A model generated the notes under the pieces. It was not told the origin of the DNA. It made no database searches and saw nothing but the letters and a program-made list of their open reading frames with translations. From contig CM119377.1 in NCBI GenBank assembly GCA_051294905.1, positions 7,688,001-7,752,000 on the forward strand: DNA of 64,000 bases, written 5' to 3'. This document shows, piece by piece, positions 1 through 12,500 of this stretch. A program made the translations under genes and the position numbers. This stretch comes from Botryllus schlosseri. Taxonomy: Eukaryota. Numbering within the stretch: position 1 is the stretch's first letter; every line of letters starts with the position of its first letter.

Positions 1-446
1 GTCAATCTTACTTTTATAGCTTCGACTCAAGTCGAGTCATTTTTAATTCACCACCGAGTCCAAGTGATAGTGTTCACTCATCGAATCGAGTTCAAGTTCC
101 GCTAGCTTTTTTCAAACTTTTGGGTGGTATCGAAGGCCTCGCATTGATAATATACTCATTTTCTCATCCGTACCATGTTTATTTATACCGAAAAAAGACC
201 GTTTCCGGGCCTATTTCTCAAGTATCGATCCTGATACTGATACACAAGACTTGAATGCAGTCATATAGAACAGTGGTTATCAACCTTTTTGCGTTTGCCT
301 TTTGGACCGTCACTGCATGCTATAAATTTTCATGCACAATCTCGAACAGATTTTAGTCAATACAGGATTCGGATTTGACACAAAGCAACATAAATTCGGA
401 CTCGAATTCGAGAACATCGCATCCACCCACCCACTGCGCCACTCAC

Positions 447-575
447 ATTTCTTCCACGATTCCCTCGAGAGCTTCTTTCTGCTCGAGTACGCGGTCGCGT
501 TCTTTTTCCAGTTCCTCGTACTCGGCCACGGCGTCGTTCATGGTCCGCTCTCCGAACTTACTCTCGCACGCGAGC
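447..575 (-). CDS. CENPE: CENP-E exon 19 (last in window)
   Basis: [25 protein letters not shown]; gtgag donor; phase 2-2. Confidence 0.85.
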
Positions 576-3500
576 CTACGGATTAGGACGAGTCAATTCC
601 GGAAGCGATCAAAATAGTTGGTGTAGCTACTGGAGTAGAACACACGATTCCGAGAGAATCTAATTCATGTGAAAATTTTCATCCTCTTTCCCAGAAATAT
701 GATTAGAATTAGAGCAGAGAAGCATTTAATGAATTAGAACAGGTTAGATTACCGGTATCCAGCTCTAATTATCTAGCTGTCCAAGTCTGCACGAGACAAC
801 GATTACTCGACTTACTGCAGCGTCTCATTTTCCTGCTTCAGCCCGTCCAGTTCCCTTCTCAAGGTGTTGCTTTCCGCCGCCAACGCTTCGCAAGCAGTCC
901 GGTAATCGGAGAACGTTCTATCGCCGATCGTAACCGATTCGCTTATAGCTCCGTCTCTGTGTCGAATGACAAAAATCAAAGTCACAAAACGAGGCGCAAG
1001 CGAAACGCAGTCGTACAAGGTATTACGCAGACCAAAGTAGACGGAATTCAAGGGATTCGGGGCTCCTTGGAAGTCTCACAATTCACAGCCAACCGCATTA
1101 GTGGATGTAAGCATTACTTTACAGCAGGGGTCACCAACACGCGGCCCACGAGGTCATATTTTGCGGCCCGCGACTTGATTTGAGATTTCGAAAGTAAGCT
1201 AAGAAAACCATTTTGAAATGCTGAAGTTTACAACAGTTTCAACATATTGTTGTTGTTGTTTTAAAATAAGCTATTTTCCAGTGCCCAACATCACTATTCG
1301 TCACTAGCTAAATCGGCTTTGGCGATGGAAACAGCATTCCAACGAGGGAGAATAATCAGCTGATATGAATGGGCTGGGCATATTGGCTTGACGTGCCATG
1401 GCCAAACACTGCCAAGACTGAGACGCTTAGAGAACGGCATATAGTGCAGTGGTTCTTAAAATGGCGGTGTGCCCCTCTAGTAGCGTGAAATCATCTGAAA
1501 GGGGCGTGGAGCTGCGATTAATTGAAAATTTTTCCGCGCTCGGCGCGAGTTACATGAAATTCATATTTTGTGTGTACTACGGAACTCTTATTGTAGAATT
1601 CTCTCATCAACAGTCATAACTTTCCATGCCATCAAACTATCCTTTGGGGTTGCTAGCATTCTGGTTGCATTTTTTGATATGACGATAAGGGGAGAGCGAA
1701 ATTTTTCAGTATCAGAAAGAGGGGCGTGTCTAAAAAAGTTTGAGAAACACTGGCGTAGGGCTTCCCCACAAGATCGAGCTTTACGTGGAGGTGGTCTTTC
1801 AGCTAGTAACGTATCTCGCTAGCCCTAATATCGATTCCTTAGTCGCTGAAATGCGTTTTCATGTATCGTGCACAGCTCAGAGTTCAAAATAAAATGAAAT
1901 TGATGATAATAATTTTTTGTTGTATTTGTATTCCTATAATATAATATTACTTCTTTTGTGGTCACTATGCCCATTGCCTATGTTAGGTAGCACGGCGTTG
2001 TACTGACGTAGAGTTTTAAAACGTGGTTGCCCACTTTATATCGATACTGAATTCATGCGGCCCGCGGCTGCTACGAAATGTGAAAAGTGGCCCGCGACCC
2101 GTTTTGAGTTGGCGACCCCTGCTTTACAGTGTCAAGGCATGCTAGGTCACAGCGAAGTAGCCCGCCATAAATAGGCGTACTATTACTTTATATTACGGTT
2201 TAAATTTCAAATTGCGATAGCATCAATTCAGCTGGTTATACTAATCACTAGGGCAAGTTTTTGCAAGTTTTGCAACTTTTTTTTACAGCTTCCGGCAGCT
2301 TTCTAAATGCTCAGAAGTTATGTAGTATGGTGTTTCCAGCTGTTTGGAGGAATCGTATTTTGCAACTTTTCTCGATCATACCACCCTCATAATTACAAGG
2401 AACAAATCCACAAATGCAACTTTTGAGATAAGTGCCACTTTCCACGGATTTGACTACAACAAAAACTTGTCCAACTAATTACTAGCTTGATGTACTCGAG
2501 ATTATATACGCATATTGCATTTAAACATATAAACTACGGTAATTATATTTCACAAGCACAATTTCAAAGTAGTATTTGTTGAATCAAAGTGACTTGCTGG
2601 ATGTGAAAGACCGATATGCAGGAAAGAAATTCTCGGACACAAATGGAAGCATAGGAGGTAGGAGTATAGTGAATGGAATAAACCAGTGCTCTTCAACCGG
2701 GGTTGTCGTACACCCTAGGGTGTACCAGAATTTGCAAAGGGTGTACCACTCGGATGGGGTGTACAGGGGTGTACCAGATCCGAATCACAATGAGCCGGTG
2801 GCTAGCTATCAGAAAGGCAGGTTTATGGGTCAGTACAGGTTGACGCACAGGTTGATGAGCAATATAGTACGATGTTATCTCAAGTGTATACACCGCTTGA
2901 TTGTGATGTCATAAGCAAATACTTCTCATATTCAATTAGCCGTCGGCAATAGACCAATGGTTCCGTTTGGTGTTGGAAAGTATGCAGCAAACATGTGTTC
3001 AGCTAGTCATTTGTCTTTTAGTGATTTTTGAGGAAACCGCCGTGATAGCTCAGACTTCTTGAATCGGTACTTCCTACCCGACGTTAACAAATACCGCAAT
3101 GCACATAAATGAAGTGACGTAGCCAGCCAGGGTCGAAGCAGCTTCCATGTTGAAATCGAAACCCTTTTTTTTAAAATGCCGATTTTATGTCCAATATTTC
3201 GCCATACATTTGTAATTTAGTATTTTGTTATTAGTGATGCAAATTAGCGACAATAGATTGTGCATTGTACACAGCGGCATAAGATCTGAGGTTACTGACA
3301 TCTCTTGCAGCCCATGTTTGTTGTTTGTTTTGGGGTGTTCATGGTGATTGTGGACTACTATGGTAATTTACACCAGGCTGATATTCTTCTTATTTTCCGT
3401 AACTGCCGACTTATAGCACGGCCCACCTCTAGGCTTTTGTAAGACACCGCTGACGCGGATGAGGTGGCGAGGAGGAGCCTAGGTAAACCACCAACACTTA

Positions 3501-6500
3501 GGTATCGGAATTCGGAAGTCGACCTCGTTCGGACTCGAACCCGCACCCATTGGTGTTGCAGCCGCGTATTTAACCTCTGCGCTATCTCGCCACCTTGCAG
3601 CCCATGTGCTACTATCGACTGTGTGTGGTGTGGGGCAGGCCTGATACGCAGTAGGCTGGTGCGCCTGCTATCATCGCTGATTTGAATTACCGCTTCTGCA
3701 GCAGTAGCTTTACCTACTCTCTCCCCAATACTGTTACATTTAGGTTGATTATCGTTCGTAATGTCATGCTGTTTTTGGGCTGACACGAAATAAATTCCAA
3801 TTTGCGTGGCGGGCGGCCTAACTGGCTGCGAATAGACTCTGTGACCAAATACTATTTTATTCAAATCCAAATTTTTTGACGGCAATAACTCCGCTTCTAC
3901 TGGCTGGAATTGAACCAAATTTGAAGAACATCGTTTTTATAGACAACCTAATACTTTCATGGGGTGAACAGAAAAATTTCAAATTTTTCGTTATTTATTT
4001 TTATATAATAAATAGATCCTTTCTTATCCCGTAGCAACGCGGCTACTGGTTGGAATTGAACCAAATTTGGTGTGTAGGCTTAAGTTAGGTAACCTAACAA
4101 TTTTATCAAGTAATAGCCAGTACGATTTGAGAAAAAAAGTCATTTTTTAAGACCCCTAATGAACAGGGGTGTATTGAGTTTTGAGCGAACGTTAAAAGGG
4201 TGTACCACGTCGAAAAAGGTTGAAGAGCACTGGAATAAACCACGGCAACTAAAGAAGACGCTCGACTGTAAACCTCATTGTGCCATGATCACACACAAGT
4301 AATCCGGCCATTTGATCGCGGTTCGACTGGTTCACCAGAACCCCACCTGTTGGAATGTTGATCAGCAGCTACGCCTTCGGTAAGTTGTCTCAATCTTGCG
4401 ACCTCGGATTTCAGCTGTTCGACATCTGAAGGGTAAACAAACCAGACATAAAAAACGGGCCTTTGCATATCGCACAACGCCGCAGAGGTCTGTATATTAT
4501 TAACTACGAAGCGGTTGGCAAGGTTAAATTAAGGCCTACCAGGGTTGTAACCAAGTCACGAGGCTCCGAGTCACAAGTCTGTCTCACTTTTACAGGTTCT
4601 GACTCGAGTCAAGTCGAGTTATCTTCAATTCACCACAGAGTCAAGTCCGAGCCCAAGCAAGCGAGCAGAGGGTCGAGTCCGAGTCATAGTATTGTGAGTC
4701 GAGTCCGAGTCATTGTGTTGACTGCTTAGTTTCCAGTTAAAGTCTTGTTAAACCCACTTTTTATAACTCTGTATGGTGATATCGAATACCGTAGTTCGCA
4801 TTTATAATATACTAATTTTCCTCACTTTTTGCAGTTTCTGGCCGCATTTTCAAGTACCAGTGCCAATATGCGAAATCGCAACAGTGTGGTTACTTTACTA
4901 ATCTTCGAAATTACCATGAAATATCAGTCTTGACGGTCTGAGCCTCGATTCATGTGACTTGGTGCGAGTCATGCACAACGATTCGGAGTCCCAGTCAGCA
5001 CACAGATTGACTCGGGTCAAGCCATTTCCGTATTTTGAGAAAATGACACGAGTCATTCCAACCCTGCTGACTACCATCAAATTAACTACCGTAGCTACTT
5101 CCATACACTAATAATATATAGCCTACAGGCGATATCGCGATCGCGGCATAGAAAAATCGGAGCAAAAAGTCATGAATTGACAGACATCGAAGAATAGGAA
5201 AGTCACCACATGATTGGTATTTCGTATATTAGTCTTGGAAAATAAGGCCAGAAACTGTTGAGACTGAGGAAAATAACGATATTATGAATGCGAGCCATTC
5301 TATATCATTCGAGCAGAGTTCAAAAAGTGGGTTGAACCGAATTCAACTCCAAACTGAACACTGAACGCAATGACTTGGACACGGCCCTCTACTCACGGAC
5401 TTGGGCTTGACTCGGTGTTGAATTGAAAATGACTCGAGTCACAAAACTATAAAAGTGAGATTGACTTGTGACTCGGAACTTCGCAACTAGGTTACAACCC
5501 CGACCCGAGTTACTTGCCATGGTTCTGGACGAAGACAATTCTCCTCCATTTCCTCCAATTTTCAATATTTATTTCTAGCCCAGTTCAAATCAGCTCAAAA
5601 TATACCCGTCTCTTTCTCAGTATTACCTTCAAGGTCCAGTCTCAAGCGGGACAGCTCCGTTTTCGCGTCTTTCAATTCGGCGTCCTTTATCTCGACCGAG
5701 AGTTTCAGGGCGTCGACGTCATCCTGGTTGCATTTGTTGTCGTTCGACAGCGAAGACGTTTGATTTCTGCTGTTTGCGAACGTTGCCTCCAGCTGACTTT
5801 GCAAAGCGGAAACCTGATACAAGAAATTGAATGGTATATTCAATTATTCGTATTGAAATATGCCCCATTATTTTCGACTGCAATAATTTCGCTTCGATTG
5901 GTCGGAAGTGAGCAAAAACTGTTGAGATCGTTCTTTTCGTCAACTTACGCACCTGATTTTTGAATTCTTCCACGCTGTCCTCTTTCTCTTTGAGCTCCAT
6001 CGAGACTCCGTCGAGCATGGACTGTAGCGATCTGATCTCGTCGCATTCCTCGTCGCTCTTCTGCTGAAGACGGCACCGTTGCGAGCACACCTCGCTGAGC
6101 TGCTTACGCAGGTCGGCGTTTTCGTTACGGAGAGCTGAAATCAACGCAAAACCGTTGGCTTGGAAGAGATTGGCCGCTTACGTAACATATTTTTACAGGT
6201 CCGGATTCAACCTGGCTCAATGAAAAGCAAAATCATAGTCTACAATTGCATAATACATTCACATTGAAATAAACACAAATGTTTTCAGCTGAGACTCGTC
6301 GGGGGTAAGCGTCAGCCACTCGAGTCATTCTATATTACTTGCTTCCATTCTCGTCTAACAGGACAGATATTTGAGGAATAAGCGCACAAACGCTATTTTA
6401 TCTGTTCAAATAAATGTGTTTAGAGTGAGAAAAATATTGGAGAGTTTCACAGTAGTGAGTTGAGCCCATCTTGATATCAACGATGAACAAGGAACTCTAT

Positions 6501-9500
6501 GACTTGAACTAGAGTCTCAATAGCAGTGATTCCGACCGCGGCTCCAAGATAGCCTTCTTGCGGCTCTGATTGACCTCTACATATGTCGCAAAAATATAAT
6601 GGACGACAGTTATTGTTTGTTCCTACGAATGGTTATGGACAATTTCTGTATATGAATGCTAAAATGAGAGATATTAGTTATAAATGTGAGCCTTCCAAGG
6701 CCGAATCCGAAAACAGGGAGATAGAATTTTTGCAGGCTAGCGTCAAACGCATGGATGAATCCTCGTCTCTGCGAAGAATAAATTTCTCCACCATTTTCCG
6801 TACATCAAAATAATGGCTTATAGTCGGTCCGTGGACATATGAGCATATTTCAAACATGAGACTGACCTTATTCCAAACAAATATGACCTTATTTCAAACA
6901 AATCGAACCAACCCTCCTCAATATACCAACATATCTGGTGTCGTGATTGCCGACCATCTCATACCGTCCTCATCAAGTATACAGTGCGGTAAACAATATT
7001 ACAAAGATAGGCAAAACATCGCCCAGCCAGCCAAATACGACTGCAGCACACGATGAACGACCAGCCGTCAGCGCCGATAGCGTATAAAGTTAAAAATATT
7101 TCAACTCGATACGCGTCCGTACGCTTTCGGCCAGGCTCGCGAAAAACGAGATACACTTATCCGTGCGCGACCTGTCTGTATCGCATACGATTTCGGCGTC
7201 CTGTCTGGCTAGGCCTTTAGACTTGGGGTTAGGATACATAGAAGATGAGGGTTAATTTCGGGGCTCTGTTCCAGGTTAGGGCAAGTTTTGGGGTTATAAA
7301 GTCACATGATGAAGCGATGCATGCTGAAGTGTCCCATGCTGAACTGTCGTTTTCCATTGTGTCGCATGCTCATAAGTCGGGCAACCATTATAGTCAAGTA
7401 TGGATTGCTACGAGTCCAATATTACTCAGCGTAGAGCCTCTCAATCTTGCGCATCAAGTGCCGGAATGTATGAAGAGATATCACATGACATAGTAGTTAT
7501 GTTTTAGTAATAGCATTTTCCGCTTATTTCAATGTACAGAACTCTGCAATCTGCGTCATCAATGCTAAAATAACCGTTACATAATCTATAGAAGTCTATG
7601 CGTGAATGCTTTTGAATTAGCTGGATGGTGAGATGTGAGATCCAGAGGCAGGCTAGCTACCTTTAAATTTTAGTTACAAGCAGCCTACTCGAACGTTTTC
7701 ATGCGACACCGACATCCTTAAAGGTTGGGAACCACTGCTCAAGACTGATTCAGGCTCGACCTGTACCTCTGATTTTGAATATTGAAAATGACTGGACTCG
7801 AATCGAGTCAAAAATACAAACTGAAAATTGGCTTGCGACTCGTGACCTTGCGACTTGGCCGAAACCCCGCGCTAAGACGACCCACCTGCGCAGTCCGGAT
7901 TAGACTCCAGCCACCGTTTCTCCATTCTCACATATTCCGAAATGCGCGCGTTCAGCTTCACCGCTTTTTCGCGCAGCTCCCGACACTCCGTCTCGGCTTG
8001 CTGCTTCTCCTCGCACACCTCGTCCAGAGACTCGCGATAGGTCTCGATCTCGCCACGCATCAGCCTAGCGTCGGCCTTCATCTGGGTATTCTCGGCGCGC
8101 AAGGCACGGAGGTCGGCATCGGTTTTGTCCTGCTGCTGGCGCATCGCGATCAGCTCGTCCTCCAGGAAGGGGAAAGTCTCGCTGGTTTCTTTGTCTTCGT
8201 TGCCGACGGCAGCCTGCGAGACAGATTGCAATCGCGAAAATCGCGCATTTATAGATATTGATACAAGAATAATAGGTCTCGGCCAACAGATATCATGGCG
8301 TGATTTCAAGAACAGCGGATTTTGATTAAAGAACAACAGATTTCGGCGCTAACTCAATTGATAATCACGGATTTAGAGATTTTAGCCAGATTTTAATCCG
8401 GGTTCTAAGATTTTAGCTGGGTATCGATTCGAGAACAACAGTTTCAAAGAGAGTGTCTAGATTTTAATTTGAGAATAACGGATTCAAAGATTTCAGCCGG
8501 GTCAAAGATTTTGATTCAACAACGACCCATTCGATATTTCGGCCAGGATTAAAAGATTTTAATCCAAGAATAACCGATCCTGGCCTGATTTTGATTCGAG
8601 AACAGCGTATCTCGTGGAGCGATTTCAAGAACCGTCGATCCAAAGATTTTGGTAAGATTGCGATTCAAGATTAACGGATTTTGGACAGACTTCAATTCGA
8701 GAGATTCTACGGATTCAAAGATTTTGGCCGGGTTTGGATTCGGGAACAACAGTTTCAAAGAAGAGTTCGTCCAGATGCCGATTCGACAACATGTTCAAAG
8801 ATTTTGGCCTGATTTGGATTCGAGAACAACGAATTTGATGATTTAGCGGTTTTCGGTTCGAGTACAACAGATTTCGGCCCGCTTTGGAATCGAAAACAGT
8901 AGTTTTAAAGGTTGCCGGTGAACTCGGACCTCGGAGAACCCGGCCTTACAAACTCGGCTCTCGATGAACTCGGCCCTCGGTGAATTCCGCCCTCGGGAAA
9001 TTTTGTAATCAAGTGTATTAACAAGTAATAATATGAATTATTAAACTAATAATGTTATTATCAACTGATTTGTCAATCTTGTAAGGAGGTCAGGGCATGC
9101 GTAGATCACGCAGTCACGGCGTGATCAGATCACGTGATCACGATTGCGTGGTCGGCTCAGTGTTGAATTGACTTGGCGAGGGGCGGGCGTGCGACGTTCG
9201 ACATCCTCGTATCTGTTCATGACATCGCATTGGGTCTTATCGCGTTGTACATTGTGTGTGACTTGTTCAGATGAAAAATATGTCCCAACGATTGTTATTG
9301 CTCACATATCAACCACGCGTGGTCTGCTCGTTATTGCAACTGTAGGTTGAGGTGGGGTGTTAGGGTTGGGTAGGGTAGGGGGGAAGGGAGACATTAGGGT
9401 TCGGGGAGTGGGACATTAGGGTTGGGGTAGGATATTAGGGTTGGGGTGGCATTAGGGTTGGGGGAGGTGGGATATTAGGGTTGGGGGAGGTGGGATATTA

Positions 9501-12500
9501 GGGTTGGTGGAGGGGGGATATTAGGGTTGCCGGGGGTGGGATATTAGGGTTGCCGGAGGTGGGATATTAGGGTTGGTGGAGGGGGGATATCAGGGTTGCT
9601 GGGGGTGGGATATTAGGGTTGCCGGAGGTGGGATATTAGGGTTGCCGGAGGAGGGATATAAGGGTTGGGGGAGGGGAGATATTAGGGTTGCCGGAGGTGG
9701 GATATTAGTGTTGCCGGAGGTGGGATATTAGGGTTGGTGGAGGTGGGATATTAGGGTTGCCGGTGAATACAAAATTTCCCGAGGGCGGAATTCACTGAGG
9801 GCCGAGTTCATCGAGGTCCGAGTTCACCGAGGTCCGAGTTCACCGAGGGCCGAGTTTGTAAGACCGGGTTCTCCGAGGCCCGAGTTCACTGGTAATCGTT
9901 TTAAACATATTGCTCCGATTTGGAATAGTGCGTCTCCATTTTTTATAAAAGTAAGGGATTGGGCACTAATTTCAAGATATCACGGTGTTTATGGTGAAAC
10001 GCTCTACCATGTTTCGATAGCATCTAACGAAATATTTGAGCAAAAGCGGTCACTCGTGGCTTGTTTGAAAGAAGGCATCTCTGTCGCAGTGAATAGCACG
10101 TACTTATTCGCACTAGGTATACGTTGTGGACCATATAAGGAAGTACCCGAAACTTGTCTATTTTCAAACAAGGTTATCTCGTCTTCTTGATTACCGTACC
10201 GTAGTTGGTTAGGCGTTGAAATTCTGAATCAACGATATACTACTTGTTGGTTTCGCATCCTATTAAGGTCCTGTTTTACAGTTTTGAAAAGTGAAGCAAC
10301 ATTTTTCTGAAAAACCCGTCGGTGTCAGCCCGTTAAAATCATCTCTAGTCGTATCCGAGTAGGCCTATCATCGCCGAGTAACATCGGCGAATGCTACTCC
10401 AACCATCTCCAATACATACCGACGGAAAAACTGTCGCCACAGGATCATCGGAAAATCGAGTCCGTTTAATGCAAGGTGCAAATTCCACGTCTTTTAAGTC
10501 ATGATCGAGATTCAACACTGGAAAATTCCGCGACGTTAGCGACTTTCGAAAGCAAAAACGAGAAGCCGTAAAACTTACGCGACGACTGATTAATCGCAGA
10601 CAAGTGACGCTTTGGCGAGCCCCACTGGGAAGCGCCCGCCAAGCCCGGCTTCAAGCCAGGGCACCACGTCTCTCTCCTGACGTTGCGTTGCCTCTGAACA
10701 AATAACCGGGTGATCATGGATTTGGATTCAAGAGAACCGGACAGGCCACGGATTTAGACATGGAATGTATTTCAACTTTCAAGCGACTTTTCAATAAAAT
10801 TTCGAGAGAAAGATTTTACGCAACTTTGCCAACTTTACTCAATATCCTGCCAAATTGTATTGTGAGAATTTACAAAATTTTGTTTCAAAAAGTATACTCA
10901 GTTTGACATACAAGACTTGCGGAGTTGGCATAGACGCCAAGTTCAAAGTAGACCATGAGCTCTGTATCACGACATGATGCATAGCAACACTTCCAACTTC
11001 CAAAATCAATAGAAAATTTCAGGTTTCATTTCTCAAATTAGTGTCAAACTTTGTCCGTTTCGCGATCGAGACAAAAAATTAGTGACCGGCACGAAATTTG
11101 ACACGAATAGGCACTTGACCGCTGCTCTAGGGTTCATAAATCGGCCGTAGTAGCTCAAGATAGTTTTAAAATAACGCACTGCCATACCCAGTCGAAAATT
11201 CTACAGGCTAGTACCTTCGTATCCACCGGCTGCGACGAAACGAGAAGCATTTGCTTGAGCCGCGCTATTCTCTCCTCCTGTTCATGTTGGAGCTGCTCCT
11301 TCTCAATTAGCATGCTCTCAAGCTCTTCGTTCTTCTTCTTATCGGCGTTCAACTCCAGCTGCCAAGTTCAACGGAAGATCAGAACCCCGATTCGGCAAAC
11401 GCCTTGCGACAACACGGCGCCCGCAGGTGGTCGGTAATGAAGTATGCCTACTACTTTTTCGGACTGCTCGAGCAGTTATGTTTCCCGACTACATCACTTC
11501 TACCTGAAATATTTTCTTTGTACAGTGAGATTTTGAATAGCAACTGATGAAGGTATCAAATCAACTCTCGTCAATTGGCCATGCTTTTACAAATTCGTAC
11601 TCAGATCACCTTATGCCTAGAAAAAGAGGGATTTGAATATTTTCCAAATTGTTCAAGGTAGCTTTTATACACTAGGTGTAAATACATGCGTAAATCCCGG
11701 TAATACAAGGATCCGATAAGCTTCCTGTGTTGACGAACTTACGGTATAAATAAGGCGGTACGAGCTCCACTTCCGCACACTACTACAAGAAATCGAAGAG
11801 AAACAAAGATGAAATTTAGTCAGCACGACTCCACTGCAAGTTACGATGAAATGCATTCAGAACACCGATGAGATAGTTGAAGCATAGTGTCCTCTATGGT
11901 GTCGACACAGGCAAATCTCACGGCTCAGTGAAATTGTATCACGTCACAATTTCCATATGGCTACAGGCAATTTGACGGTCATTTTTGACCGGCTTGCCGA
12001 GCATTAAATTTGGTAAAACTGGAATAAATAGAAAGCTGACTCTGCACTGATGACGAAAATATAAATTTTATTCCGCTCGCGGCCCTGGAGCCCCCACAAT
12101 TAGCCTCGAATTTTTCATTGTTATGGAGATTGGCATTGGGACGCAACAATGCTGTCTGGCGAAACGAGAGAGTAGCTCAAGAGAAAAAGAGCCAGAAAGC
12201 ATTGTTGCGTCCCAATGCCAACCTCCATAACAATGAAAAATTTGAGGCTAATTGTGGGGGTTCCAGGGTCGCGAGCGGAATAAAATTTATATTTTCGTCA
12301 TCAGTGCAGTCAGCTTTCGATTGATACCAGTTTTACCAAATTTAATGCTCGGCAAGCCGGTCAAAAATGACCGTCAACTTGCCTGCAGCCAAATGGAAAT
12401 TGTGACGTGATACAATTTCACTGAGCCGTGAGATTTGCTTGTGTCGACACCATATAGGACACTATGGTTGAAGTATTCTCGTTTGTAGGCACGAGAGAAA

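Noticed and set aside
3358-3918. 186-aa minus-strand ORF
   Set aside because: It runs across a MITE fragment and a SINE; a chance open frame.
6300-7200. Extra CENP-E exons between exons 14 and 15
   Set aside because: Candidates hit stops or lack donors, and exon 14 joins exon 15 in phase without them.
7782-8261. Plus-strand ORFs of 149-159 aa (also 5514-5963)
   Set aside because: They are antisense shadows of CENP-E coiled-coil exons.
9355-9765. Possible telomere or CRISPR-like array
   Set aside because: TTAGGG is embedded in a longer unit without unique spacers, inside a TIR element in a eukaryotic intron.
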